Positions 1-10,135 of a stretch of DNA of 64,000 bases are shown in pieces (the first letter of the stretch is position 1; every line of letters begins with the position of its first letter). Below the pieces are notes generated by a model. The model had not been told where the DNA came from and did no database searches. It saw only the letters and a program-made list of their open reading frames with translations. Origin of the DNA: an uncultured archaeon (GTDB lineage: Archaea > Altiarchaeota > Altiarchaeia > JAFGQM01); the NCBI GenBank assembly GCA_964619365.1, contig CAZUDQ010000003.1:35960-99959 (forward strand), written 5' to 3'. A program made the position numbers and the translations under genes.

Positions 1-1
1 G

Positions 2-613
2 TGGGACACCGTAGCTTGCAGCACTCCCCAAAGGAGACTGGTCAATAAGCTTAAATGCGGTCTTTAGGACGCGCACGTCGTCGAGAAGACTTTCGGCATA
101 GGCTCCCGCCCAAAGGCCGACTGAAGAAGGCATCGCGCGCTGAGTGTGGGTTCGCCCCGGAACTGGAATCTTTTCACCCTTTTTTGCAAAACCAAGCAGG
201 GTATCAATAAGCTGGAAAACGGCTTCTGCTACCTCAAATATCTCTTCTTTTGAATAAAGGCGCAGGTCTAAAAGCACCTGGTCGTTTCGTGAGCGGCAGG
301 TGTGGATGCGCTTTCCTGTCCGTCCAAGACGCTTGACAAGACGATTCTCAATTGCCGTGTGAACATCTTCGTCATTACGGGATATCTTGAATTTGCCAGC
401 ATTATGGTCCTTTAAAATCACAAGAAGCTCTTTTTTTAGCTCGGTAAACTCTTTTGGAGAAAGAATACCAATATCTTTAAGCATGTGGGCATGTGCGATG
501 CTGCCTGCAACATCCCATTTTACAAGAGAATCATCCAGGAGATAGTCTCCGCCAACTGTGAATTCCTCGATTCCCTCCTCGAGCTCGTAGCCTTTATCCC
601 AAAGTTTGACCAT
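2..613 (-). CDS. argH: argininosuccinate lyase (5' part; runs off window start)
   Basis: Not in ORF track. Manual translation from ATG 613: MVKLWDKG...WDVAGSIAHAHML...EDVHTAIE...IHTCRSRNDQV, the ArgH N-terminal motifs. Confidence 0.93.
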   Translation of the reverse strand, partial: MVKLWDKGYELEEGIEEFTVGGDYLLDDSLVKWDVAGSIAHAHMLKDIGILSPKEFTELKKELLVILKDHNAGKFKISRNDEDVHTAIENRLVKRLGRTGKRIHTCRSRNDQVLLDLRLYSKEEIFEVAEAVFQLIDTLLGFAKKGEKIPVPGRTHTQRAMPSSVGLWAGAYAESLLDDVRVLKTAFKLIDQSPLGSAASYGVP

Positions 614-695
614 GCGTAATTTTAGATTTGAAGCAAGAAAAGGCTATACTTCTTCACTTCTTTTGTTTATATCTGATTTCTTTCAAATATGAAAA

Positions 696-1601
696 ATGGA
701 TAAGAACTTAATAGAGCTGGACGATTTGTCAAAAAAAGACATAGATTCCATTCTGGAACTGGCCTTAGACATTAAGGCAAACCCTCAGAAATACGAGAAA
801 GTCATGGATCAAAAGACCCTCGCCATGATATTTGAGAAGCCTTCGCTTCGTACGCGCGTTTCCTTCGAAACCGGTATGACAAAAATGGGCGGTCATTCAA
901 TATTTCTTTCAAAAAACGATATTCAGCTTGGTCGTGGCGAGACTATTGAAGATACCGCAAAAGTCACAAGCCGTTACGTTGACATAATAATGGCGCGAAC
1001 CTTTGAACATAAGACCGTCGAAGCCTTGGCAAAAAACGCGACAGTGCCAGTTATTAACGGCCTTACAAATTACAATCATCCCTGCCAGATTTTAACAGAT
1101 CTTTTTACAATAAAAGAGAAGCTAGGGACAATAGAGAATATCAAGCTTGCGTTCCTTGGCGACTGCACAAATAACACTTGCCACTCATGGCTTCTTGTTG
1201 CAAAAGCAATAGGTATGCAGGTTGCCTGCGCATTTCCCGAAGGCTACGCCCCAGGCGAAGACGTCCTTAAGAAGGCAAAAGGCCACTACTCCCTGACAAA
1301 CGACTCAAAAGAAGCAGTAACAGGCGCTGATGTCATATACACTGACACCTGGATGAGTCTTCACATAGCAGAAGAAGAGCGTTTTGCACGCACTGCAGCA
1401 CTCATGCCCTACCAGGTAACTGAATCTTTAATGAAAAATGCAAAGCCTTCTGCAATATTCATGCACTGCCTCCCGGCACACCGTGGAGAGGAGATGACAA
1501 CAGGAGTCATTGACGGGCCGCAAAGCGTTGTTATTGACGAGGCAGAAAACCGCATGTGGACGCAGAATGCAATAATCCTAAAACTTATGGAGAAAGCATA
1601 A
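696..1601 (+). CDS. argF: ornithine carbamoyltransferase
   Basis: FEKPSLRT, HPCQ, FMHCLP, EAENR motifs; divergent from argH. The SMG loop reads SLH. Confidence 0.88.
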   Translation: MDKNLIELDDLSKKDIDSILELALDIKANPQKYEKVMDQKTLAMIFEKPSLRTRVSFETGMTKMGGHSIFLSKNDIQLGRGETIEDTAKVTSRYVDIIMARTFEHKTVEALAKNATVPVINGLTNYNHPCQILTDLFTIKEKLGTIENIKLAFLGDCTNNTCHSWLLVAKAIGMQVACAFPEGYAPGEDVLKKAKGHYSLTNDSKEAVTGADVIYTDTWMSLHIAEEERFARTAALMPYQVTESLMKNAKPSAIFMHCLPAHRGEEMTTGVIDGPQSVVIDEAENRMWTQNAIILKLMEKA

Positions 1602-1607
1602 GTTAGG

Positions 1608-2252
1608 ATGCCCTTGCCACACAAGCCAAAGGCACAAAAAAAGCCAGTCTACCATTTTGTCGATTTTGGATGTGGTTTTGAGAAAAAGAACGCTCCAGAG
1701 CGCCTAATAAATGTCGCTAGAAATCATCCAGATAAACTCGTCGCCGGCTTTGATTCTCAGCTAAGCCATAAGAAGATAAAATCCCTACGGCAGAAATATC
1801 CAAATTTAAGACTTTTTAATACAGTTCTCCCTGAGGGTATGAATAAACTCGAGCCAGGTTCTGTAGGTATTGCAAATATGGAATTTTTCTTGCAGAGCTT
1901 TTCCCGACCCAAAGGCGAAGCTGACAAGTTCCTTTCAATTCTTTCAGAAAAGATGCACCCCCATGGCAGGATATATGTGAGTTGTGTAAATGCCAATAGG
2001 CCCGCTTATGTTGAAGACTTCGAAAAGATAGCATTTAAACTTACTAGTCAAGACAAGTTTGGAAAAGATAATCGAAAGAGATTTTCAAACAGTCAGGGAC
2101 AGAGACTATATCGGGATTTGATGGAAGGGGTGTCTAAGAAAGAACTAAAACGCCGAAATCCTCTTGCGTGGCCCACCTGGATAGATGAACTTCCCAGAGA
2201 TCCAAAAATCTATGCCCCGACACGCCTTTGTTTTAAAGCCAAAAAAGACTAA
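1608..2252 (+). CDS. class I SAM-dependent methyltransferase-like protein, paralog A
   Basis: VDFGCG motif I, acidic GFD after beta2, KMHPHGRIYV; basic Pro-rich N-terminal extension. Confidence 0.6.
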   Translation: MPLPHKPKAQKKPVYHFVDFGCGFEKKNAPERLINVARNHPDKLVAGFDSQLSHKKIKSLRQKYPNLRLFNTVLPEGMNKLEPGSVGIANMEFFLQSFSRPKGEADKFLSILSEKMHPHGRIYVSCVNANRPAYVEDFEKIAFKLTSQDKFGKDNRKRFSNSQGQRLYRDLMEGVSKKELKRRNPLAWPTWIDELPRDPKIYAPTRLCFKAKKD

Positions 2253-2263
2253 TTAAATTCGAA

Positions 2264-2908
2264 ATGCCTAAACGACGTCCCGTAAAATTAAAACATTGGA
2301 AAAGACCACTTTACTCTTTTGTTGATTTTGGATGCGGCCAGTCAGAACGCTTATTAGAACTTAAAAAACGACACCCAGAGAAAGAGATGGTAGGCTTTGA
2401 ATCAAGAATGCCAAAGGGGCAGGTTGAATCTTTTGAAAGCCAACATAAAAATTTAAAGATATTCAACCAACCACTTCCAGAAGGGCTTAATGTTTTAGAA
2501 AATGGTTCGATAGGTGTTGCCAATATGGATTTTTTCCTAAGTCAAGTTTCCAGAACTCCCTGTAGTGCCCAAAATTTCCTCGTCGATTTATCAAAAAAGA
2601 TGCATCCAAGAGGAAAGGTCTTTATTACAGCTACGCGTTATAACCGCCCGTTAGTGCATTCGTATCTTAAAGACGCAGGGTTTGAACCAATAGCCGAAAA
2701 AGAATTAAATGAACATAACCGGAATCTTTTTTCTAGAACCTATTCGACAAAATTTTACCGCGACTTAACTGAAATGTCTAAAAAGAAACTAGCGGCAAGA
2801 TACCCAGAAGTAAATCCAAGTATTATAGAATCTATGAATAAAATAAAGGATTCACCAATAAGATTATCCTTTAGGCTAAAACCCGAAAAACGTGCAGTAA
2901 TTACTTAA
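2264..2908 (+). CDS. class I SAM-dependent methyltransferase-like protein, paralog B
   Basis: VDFGCG, GFE, ANMDFFL, KMHPRGKVFI; colinear with the upstream 214-aa ORF. Confidence 0.6.
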   Translation: MPKRRPVKLKHWKRPLYSFVDFGCGQSERLLELKKRHPEKEMVGFESRMPKGQVESFESQHKNLKIFNQPLPEGLNVLENGSIGVANMDFFLSQVSRTPCSAQNFLVDLSKKMHPRGKVFITATRYNRPLVHSYLKDAGFEPIAEKELNEHNRNLFSRTYSTKFYRDLTEMSKKKLAARYPEVNPSIIESMNKIKDSPIRLSFRLKPEKRAVIT

Positions 2909-3347
2909 ATTCTAAGCCGTTTTGAGCCCTTTCGCAGTATATACACCGTAGTCTTAGCGGGTCTTTGGATTCAACCTTAAATTGCCCGAGAACAGCTTCA
3001 GAATGCGTCACACAGTTTGGATTCGTACACTTTAATATCCCTTTAACGGAATCTGGAATCTCGACATTATATTTTTTCTTGATGCCACAGCCTGCAATAA
3101 CATTTACAGAAGCATGCGGGGAAACAAGGGCAACACGATCCAAGTCGTCCTTATCAAGCTCACTGCCTTCGATTTTTATTATATCTTTTTTACCTTTGCT
3201 CTTTGAATTCACGCGAGAAAGTACCGTTACTGTTGCAGGATAATCATCAAGACCAAGTAGTTTTATTACCTCCCAGGCCTTACCTCCTTCGATATGGTCG
3301 ATTACTGTCCCTTCTTCGATTTTTTGAACTTTTAGTGTCTTATCCAT
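2901..3347 (-). CDS. pyrI: aspartate carbamoyltransferase regulatory chain
   Basis: GTVIDHI, KKDIIKIE, CTNPNC...RCIYCE zinc site. Confidence 0.96.
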   Translation of the reverse strand: MDKTLKVQKIEEGTVIDHIEGGKAWEVIKLLGLDDYPATVTVLSRVNSKSKGKKDIIKIEGSELDKDDLDRVALVSPHASVNVIAGCGIKKKYNVEIPDSVKGILKCTNPNCVTHSEAVLGQFKVESKDPLRLRCIYCERAQNGLEFK

Positions 3348-3356
3348 TTTTTCTCT

Positions 3357-4256
3357 TTATTCAAAAAGCGCCTTCATAATGACTGCCATCCTTGTCGGTA
3401 TACCGTTTTTTGCCTGTTCAAAATATTTTGCCCGCGGGTCGTTATCGACTTCCGGGCGTATCTCATCGATTCTTGGAAGCGGATGCATGAGAATCATGTT
3501 CTCGTTTGCTTTATCCATGAGTCCCCCGTCGACAACATATGCGCCGGCATACTTTTTGTAGTCTTCCTCACTTGGGAATCTTTCTCGCTGTATTCTTGTC
3601 ATGTAAAGCACGTCAAGCTCTTCAATTGCATCATCAAGCTTTACTACTTCCCGTACGTCCATGCCCTTGCCTTTTAAGTATCTTACTGTCCCTCTATCCA
3701 TACTAAGGGCTGGAGGTGAGATATAAGTTATATTTACGTCCCAATTTGAAAGGGCAATAGAAAGAGGCCTTCCAGTTCGCCCGTAACGCAGGTCTCCGCA
3801 GATACCTATTCTAAGGTTATTAAAGTCACCAAGGCTTTTTCGTATGGTGTATAAATCAAGAAGGCTTTGAGTGGGATGGTCGTGGCTTCCGTCCCCAGCA
3901 TTTATTATCGGAACAGGAGACACTTCAGAAGCAAGCTTTGAAGAGCCTTCAAGAGAGTGGCGCATGGCAATGGCATCAACATATCCACCAAACATTCTTA
4001 CAGTATCTAAGAGGCTTTCACCCTTTTTTACTGAAGTCCCTGCAATAGAGGAAAAACCAACAACACTTCCCCCGAGGCGCTCCATAGCGCATTGGAAGGA
4101 AAATTGCGTTCTTGTTGAGGGCTCAAAGAAAAGAGTCCCAAGAATTTTCCCCGTTGCCTGTTTTGTAAAGTCCTTGTCCGAGTCGTATTTTGCGGCGTCG
4201 GCAAGCACGGACTCAATTAGTTCCTTGCTTTCTTCTCTTGTAGACACAAAATCCAT
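3357..4256 (-). CDS. pyrB: aspartate carbamoyltransferase catalytic chain
   Basis: FFEPSTRT, KGESL, HPTQ, RIQRER, HPLPR. Confidence 0.97.
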   Translation of the reverse strand: MDFVSTREESKELIESVLADAAKYDSDKDFTKQATGKILGTLFFEPSTRTQFSFQCAMERLGGSVVGFSSIAGTSVKKGESLLDTVRMFGGYVDAIAMRHSLEGSSKLASEVSPVPIINAGDGSHDHPTQSLLDLYTIRKSLGDFNNLRIGICGDLRYGRTGRPLSIALSNWDVNITYISPPALSMDRGTVRYLKGKGMDVREVVKLDDAIEELDVLYMTRIQRERFPSEEDYKKYAGAYVVDGGLMDKANENMILMHPLPRIDEIRPEVDNDPRAKYFEQAKNGIPTRMAVIMKALFE

Positions 4257-4271
4257 TTTATTATATTATTT

Positions 4272-7200
4272 TTAGTTTTGTTTAAGATAATCGTTTAGGC
4301 TTTTTACTTCGGGCTCAGTTTTCTTTAGCTGGCGCAGGGCGAGCAATGCGGCTTTTGCACCCTCAATTGTTGTAATGTAGGGAATCTCATAGTCAAGTAT
4401 TGCAAAGCGCATTCGTTTGTCGCGCTCACTGCGGTCTCCCCGCATAGGCACGCTGATTACTAGGGCCGGTTCTCTTGACTCTACCATACCACGCACGTTT
4501 TTTACCCGTACGCAGGAAACTCCTGCCTTGTCAAATGCATCAAATGTCCCGTCTTCAGCAAATAGGCTAAAGCCAAGTTTTTCAAGGCCTTTTGCGATTT
4601 CTATTGCATCTGGATATTGAGCAGGGTCGCCCACATTAAAAAGTATTTTTCCTTTCTGGGGAAGTGTATTTCCCGCGCCTGACTGAGCTTTAAAATAAGC
4701 GCATCCAAATGATTTGTCAATTCCCATGGATTCACCCGTGCTTCTCATCTCAGGAGAAAGAACTGGGTCAATTCTAAGCTTATCAAAAGGAAGGACAACC
4801 TCCTTTATTGCAACATGATTTATTTTTGCCGAGTGGTCAAAGGTCTCAAGAATATCCTTTAGTTTCTCACCCATAATTGCTCTTACCGCGACTTTTGCAA
4901 GCTGGACGCCTGTTGCTTTTGAGACAAATGGTATTGTTCTTGAAGAGCGCGGGTTTGCTTCAATCACATAAAGTTCCTCGTCTTTTATAGCATATTGAAT
5001 ATTGATTAAGCCTAAGGTCTTTAGGCCAAGAGCCATCTTCTTTGTACATTCTTCAATTTGACTTATCATATCAGGCGAGATGCCTTGAGCAGGTATCACA
5101 CAAGCTGAATCTCCGGAATGGATTCCTGCCTCTTCAATATGTTCCATGATTCCACCGACATAGACATCCTCACCATCACAGACTGCGTCAACATCAATTT
5201 CAGTTGCACCACTTAGGAACTTATCAACAAGTATCGGGTGCTTTGGCGAGATGCTTGCGGCTTCTCTCATATAGGCCTCCAGCTCATCGTCATTAAAGAC
5301 AACTTCCATAGCGCGCCCGCCCAGTACATAAGACGGACGGACAAGAACGGGATACCCAAGACGCTTTGCAACGACAAGTGCGCCGTCAAAACTCCTCGCA
5401 GTTCCCCAATCCGGCGCCTTTATTTTTAGCTCATCAAGAAGTTTTCCAAAGTTATCGCGGTCTTCGGCAAGGTCTATTGCATCAGCCCCCGTTCCAAGAA
5501 TATGTACTCCCGCTTCAACCAGCCCTTTTGATATGTTTATTGCAGTCTGACCGCCAAACTGCACCATGACGCCTAACAAGTTATCCTGTTCGCGCTCTAT
5601 GATATTTAAGACATCTTCGATTGTCAGCGGTTCAAAATAAAGTTTGTCAGACGTATCAAAGTCTGTTGAAACAGTTTCAGGATTATTGTTTATTATTATT
5701 GCCTCATAACCAAGCTCCCGAAGTGCATAGACCGCATGGACTGTGCAGTAATCGAATTCGACACCCTGTCCAATTCGTATTGGTCCCCCACCAAGGATTA
5801 TGACCTTTTTCCTTCCAGTGTCGCGCCCCTCGCTTTCGTCTTCATAGGTGGAATAGTAATACGGGGTCTTTGCTTCAAACTCAGCAGCGCAGGTGTCAAC
5901 CATTTTGTACGTTGGAAGGACGCCAAGTTTCTTCCTTAGCTTGCGAATATCAGTTTCGCTTAGTTTTCCCTTATCGTGTAAATTTGATATTTGGAAATCA
6001 CTAAAGCCAAGACGCTTTGCTTCTTTTAAAAAAGATGCGCTAAGCTCCTCATTTTCGAGCCGTTTTTCCATCTCAACAATGTTTTTGAGCTTGTAAAGGA
6101 AGAAGAGATCAATCTTATTTATCCTATTTATGTCCTCGGGACACCACCCTTTCCGCAGGGCGTCATAAACATAATAAACCCTCATATCTGTTGCATGCTC
6201 AAGCTCCTCGGCCAGGCGTTCATCATCAGTACAGTACTCCCGCCCGTCGGCACATATCCCCATGCGGTCTTGGTCAAGTGAGCGTATGGCCTTTTGAAGC
6301 GACTCCTCAAAGGTTCTCCCCATACTCATGACTTCTCCAGTACTTTTCATTTCAGTCCCGATGCGACGTTCCATTCCGCGGAATTTGTCAAACGGCCAGC
6401 GTGGGACCTTTGTTACGATATAGTCAAGAGCCGGTTCGAATGAAGCTGGCGTGTTTTTTGTGATCTCATTTCGTATCTCGTCAAGATTAAGGCCACAGGC
6501 AATCTTTGCGGCAACTCGCGCAATTGGGTATCCTGTTGCTTTTGAAGCAAGAGCCGAAGACCTTGAGACCCTGGGGTTTACTTCTATTACCCTGTATTCA
6601 GGTTTTTCCGGGTGAAGTGCAAACTGTACATTGCAACCACCCTCAACACCAAGAGCCGTTATTATCTTAAGTGACGCCGTTCGCAAGAGTTGATATTCTG
6701 TGTTGTTTAAGGTTTGAGTCGGAGCAACGACAATACTTTCTCCTGTATGAATCCCGACAGGGTCGAAATTCTCCATGTTGCAGACTGTTATGCAGTTTCC
6801 TGACCCGTCGCGCATGACCTCGTATTCGATTTCTTTCCACCCACCAATATACTCTTCAATCAGAGCCTCGCTGTTCTTACTGCGATTAAGTGCGCGCTCA
6901 ACGATACGCGCGAATTCAGATTCAGTAAAAGCTATGCCCCCCCCAGTTCCACCTAGTGTGTATGCGGGCCGTATGATTGCGGGAAGGCCACCTATATCAA
7001 AAAGCGCTTCTTGGGCTTCATGGAGACTGAAAACTGAGTGGCTTTTGCAGATGGGTTCATTTATCTCCCTCATGAGCTCGGCAAATTCTTGTCTCCCTTC
7101 ACCCTTTTTTATCGAATCAATAGGCGTTCCAATGACTTTTAGATTGTATTTTTCAAGGATTCCTTTCTTTTCGAGTTCGACGCCCATATTAAGCCCGGTC

Positions 7201-7478
7201 TGACCCCCCATTGTCGGAAGAATCGCATCAGGCTTTTCCTTTATTATTATCTTTTCAATCGATTCGGCGGTTATCGGCTCAAGGTATACCGCGTCTGCAA
7301 TATCGGTATCTGTTTGTATCGTCGCAGGATTGTTGTTGATAAGGATTGTTTTGTACCCTTCCTCGCGGAGTGCAAGGCATGCCTGGCTTCCACTGTAGTC
7401 AAATTCCGCCGCCTGTCCTATCTGGATAGGGCCGCTTCCGATTATCAGGATTTTTTTGACATCAGTTCTTTTTGGCAT
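4272..7478 (-). CDS. carB: carbamoyl-phosphate synthase large chain
   Basis: MPKRTD...GSGPIQIGQAAEFDYSG, duplicated ATP-grasp halves, EVNPRVSRSSALASKATG. Confidence 0.98.
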   Translation of the reverse strand: MPKRTDVKKILIIGSGPIQIGQAAEFDYSGSQACLALREEGYKTILINNNPATIQTDTDIADAVYLEPITAESIEKIIIKEKPDAILPTMGGQTGLNMGVELEKKGILEKYNLKVIGTPIDSIKKGEGRQEFAELMREINEPICKSHSVFSLHEAQEALFDIGGLPAIIRPAYTLGGTGGGIAFTESEFARIVERALNRSKNSEALIEEYIGGWKEIEYEVMRDGSGNCITVCNMENFDPVGIHTGESIVVAPTQTLNNTEYQLLRTASLKIITALGVEGGCNVQFALHPEKPEYRVIEVNPRVSRSSALASKATGYPIARVAAKIACGLNLDEIRNEITKNTPASFEPALDYIVTKVPRWPFDKFRGMERRIGTEMKSTGEVMSMGRTFEESLQKAIRSLDQDRMGICADGREYCTDDERLAEELEHATDMRVYYVYDALRKGWCPEDINRINKIDLFFLYKLKNIVEMEKRLENEELSASFLKEAKRLGFSDFQISNLHDKGKLSETDIRKLRKKLGVLPTYKMVDTCAAEFEAKTPYYYSTYEDESEGRDTGRKKVIILGGGPIRIGQGVEFDYCTVHAVYALRELGYEAIIINNNPETVSTDFDTSDKLYFEPLTIEDVLNIIEREQDNLLGVMVQFGGQTAINISKGLVEAGVHILGTGADAIDLAEDRDNFGKLLDELKIKAPDWGTARSFDGALVVAKRLGYPVLVRPSYVLGGRAMEVVFNDDELEAYMREAASISPKHPILVDKFLSGATEIDVDAVCDGEDVYVGGIMEHIEEAGIHSGDSACVIPAQGISPDMISQIEECTKKMALGLKTLGLINIQYAIKDEELYVIEANPRSSRTIPFVSKATGVQLAKVAVRAIMGEKLKDILETFDHSAKINHVAIKEVVLPFDKLRIDPVLSPEMRSTGESMGIDKSFGCAYFKAQSGAGNTLPQKGKILFNVGDPAQYPDAIEIAKGLEKLGFSLFAEDGTFDAFDKAGVSCVRVKNVRGMVESREPALVISVPMRGDRSERDKRMRFAILDYEIPYITTIEGAKAALLALRQLKKTEPEVKSLNDYLKQN

Positions 7479-7479
7479 C

Positions 7480-8583
7480 TTATCTTTTTTGGAAGTTTGC
7501 CTCCTTCATTATCTGTATGAAATCATCAAATAAGTACTTGCTGTCCCATGGCCCTGCGTGCGCCTCTGGATGATACTGAACTGTGCGTACCGGAAGGCTT
7601 TTGTGGGCGATTCCTTCGACGCTCTGGTCGTTAAGGTTTATGTGGGTGACTTCGACTTCGTCTGTTGGAAGACTGCTTGCTTCTATTGCAAAGCCGTGGT
7701 TCTGGCTTGTAATATACACACGACCCGTTGGAAGCTCTTTAACGGGCTGGTTTCCCCCACGGTGCCCGAATTTAAGCTTGTATGTATCCGCCCCAAAAGC
7801 TCGTCCGACAAGCTGGTTGCCAAAACAGATTCCAAAGACAGGCATCTGCGTGTCGATTAAGGTCTTGATGTTAGCTACAATATCTCCTGCCCGCTCCGGG
7901 TCGCCCGGCCCGTTTGAAATCATTATTCCGTCCGGAGAATAATCAAGAATGTCTTTTGCGCTGGTTTTTGCCGGGACTTGGATTACCTCGCAACCACGGT
8001 CAACCAGGTTCTTTATTATTGAGCCTTTGACTCCGCAGTCAATAAGGGCCATCCTTCCTTTCTTTTCACCCATTGGAGCATGGATTACAGGCTTTTTTAC
8101 AGTGACTTTTTCCACAAGGTCTATTTCTGAAATAGACTTTAGCTCTTTTGCCTTTGCGATAAGTTCGTCCCTGTCAAAATTATCACCTGTCGCAATTATT
8201 GCGTTCATGACACCTGCGTCCCTTATCTTTCTTGTAAGCATGCGCGTATCAACGCCCTGTAGTCCGACGATGCCTTCTTCTTCTATCCAGGACTTAAGGT
8301 CTTTTAGAAACGGGATGTGGCTTGGGTGCTCACAAAGTTCGCGCACGACAAATCCCTCCACTTGTATGTGGTCGGACTCAAATCGCTCAGGGCAGACGCC
8401 GTAGTTTCCAATCAGAGGGTACGTGGGCATTAGAATCTGATATTTGTACGACGGGTCGGTCAAGCACTCCTGATATCCGGCCATCCCAGTGTTAAAGACA
8501 AGCTCTCCGCATGCTTCTCCTTGCGCGCCAAAGCCTTCTCCTTCAAGCAGAGTTCCGTCTCTTAGTACAATTATTCCTTTCAT
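7480..8583 (-). CDS. carA: carbamoyl-phosphate synthase small chain
   Basis: GELVFNTGM, SNGPGDP, GICFG, QNHGF, QYHPEA; start reassigned to ATG 8583 (MKGIIVL). Confidence 0.97.
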   Translation of the reverse strand: MKGIIVLRDGTLLEGEGFGAQGEACGELVFNTGMAGYQECLTDPSYKYQILMPTYPLIGNYGVCPERFESDHIQVEGFVVRELCEHPSHIPFLKDLKSWIEEEGIVGLQGVDTRMLTRKIRDAGVMNAIIATGDNFDRDELIAKAKELKSISEIDLVEKVTVKKPVIHAPMGEKKGRMALIDCGVKGSIIKNLVDRGCEVIQVPAKTSAKDILDYSPDGIMISNGPGDPERAGDIVANIKTLIDTQMPVFGICFGNQLVGRAFGADTYKLKFGHRGGNQPVKELPTGRVYITSQNHGFAIEASSLPTDEVEVTHINLNDQSVEGIAHKSLPVRTVQYHPEAHAGPWDSKYLFDDFIQIMKEANFQKR

Positions 8584-8754
8584 AAAATTTACAGCAAAAA
8601 ACCTTAGAGAATTTAGAGCCACATGCCACAGCAATGCTACTCCAAGAATTTATTTAATTTTAGAGTGCGGTCTATAAAAGGTGCGCCCAAACGTTTTTTA
8701 TGCTAGTAATTTCGAATTAAATTCCCTTTTATTTCAAGGGTTTGTTAGCAACAA

Positions 8755-10044
8755 TTAATTTCTAAAGACAAGTTCTCTACCACAGCTTTCTGTTTGGATA
8801 TCTTCATCAACGGAGTAAGCGCACTTGCCGCGCACAAAAGTCCCTATGATTTTTCCTTGGCCAACCATCCCTTCAAAAGGGGTCCAGCCGCATTTTGAAT
8901 GCAGCTTTTTTGCAGATATCCTGTATTTGTAGCTTGGGTCGATTATGACAAAGTCGGCATCAAAGCCTTCTCTAAGCGAGCCTTTGCCTTCTATCCCAAA
9001 TATTTCAGCAGGCCTTCGCGCACAGGTCTCAATAAGTCCCCTAAGGTCGCTGTGTCCAAGAATCAAAGGAAGCCGCGTTTCGACGCCGGGCACGCCGCCA
9101 GAAGCATTTTTCCAGCCACACGTCTTTTCTTGGATGGTGTGGGGGGCATGGTCGGTTGAAACCATGTCTATTGCGCCGGCTCTAAGGCCCATTAAAAGAG
9201 CGGAATTGTCGCTTTTGCTTCGAAGGGGCGGATACATCTTAAGTTTTGTTCCCTGCGCTTCCTCATCGTCTTTTGAGAGGAAAAGATACTGAGGACAAAC
9301 CTCGCAGCTGACATTTGAATTGAGTTTTTTTGCCCGCATGACTTCATGAAGGGCAGCGTCACTTGTAACGTGGCATATATGCACGCGGTTATCGCACATC
9401 GCCCGTGAGACATCTTTAATACTCATAGCCTCGCATATTGCAGGGCGTGATTCAGTAAATCGTCTAAAGCTAGCACATTCTCCCTCATATTTTTCTAAAA
9501 GCTCTTTTTTCTCACAATGAAATGCACCAAGAAGACCCTTCTTTTTCATGGCTTTAAAGAATTCTGGAAGACGAGTAGTGTCAAACAGGAAGTTCCCAGT
9601 ACTCTTCCCAAGGAAGAACTTGACTCCTGCGATATTTTTTGCGGCAAGAATCTCCTCAAGATTGTCGTTTTCAGCACCCATATAGAGTCCAAAGTCAATG
9701 ATGCTGTTTTCCCTTACGTGCCTCCTTTTTTCCTCAAGGCGCGAAACAGAGTTTATCCCCTCTTTGTTATTTGGCATCTCAAGGACGCTTGTCACACCGC
9801 CTGCGGCAGCAGACAATGATTCGCTTTTCCAGTCGCCTTTATGGCTCTCCCCAAAGTCCCTGAAGTGAACATGAGCGTCAATCAGACCCGGTATTATATG
9901 GGCGCCTTCAGCATCTATTATCTCGTCAGCCTCAAAGCTCTTTTTTGTGATATCTACAATCTTGCCGTTATCGATGACCAAGTTTGCCTCTATTATGCTT
10001 GAGGGGGTGACGATTTTGCCGTTTTGGACTACGAGATCTACCAT
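8755..10044 (-). CDS. pyrC: dihydroorotase
   Basis: DAHVHFRD, EMPN, HICH, PPLR, TDHAPH; next to carAB-pyrBI. Confidence 0.92.
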   Translation of the reverse strand: MVDLVVQNGKIVTPSSIIEANLVIDNGKIVDITKKSFEADEIIDAEGAHIIPGLIDAHVHFRDFGESHKGDWKSESLSAAAGGVTSVLEMPNNKEGINSVSRLEEKRRHVRENSIIDFGLYMGAENDNLEEILAAKNIAGVKFFLGKSTGNFLFDTTRLPEFFKAMKKKGLLGAFHCEKKELLEKYEGECASFRRFTESRPAICEAMSIKDVSRAMCDNRVHICHVTSDAALHEVMRAKKLNSNVSCEVCPQYLFLSKDDEEAQGTKLKMYPPLRSKSDNSALLMGLRAGAIDMVSTDHAPHTIQEKTCGWKNASGGVPGVETRLPLILGHSDLRGLIETCARRPAEIFGIEGKGSLREGFDADFVIIDPSYKYRISAKKLHSKCGWTPFEGMVGQGKIIGTFVRGKCAYSVDEDIQTESCGRELVFRN

Positions 10045-10135
10045 TTTTAATATTTTGCCAAACGGTTAACTAATACTTAATAATAAAAAAGGACTATTTT
10101 CACGCTTTTATCCAACCAGCATTAAATTATAAGAA

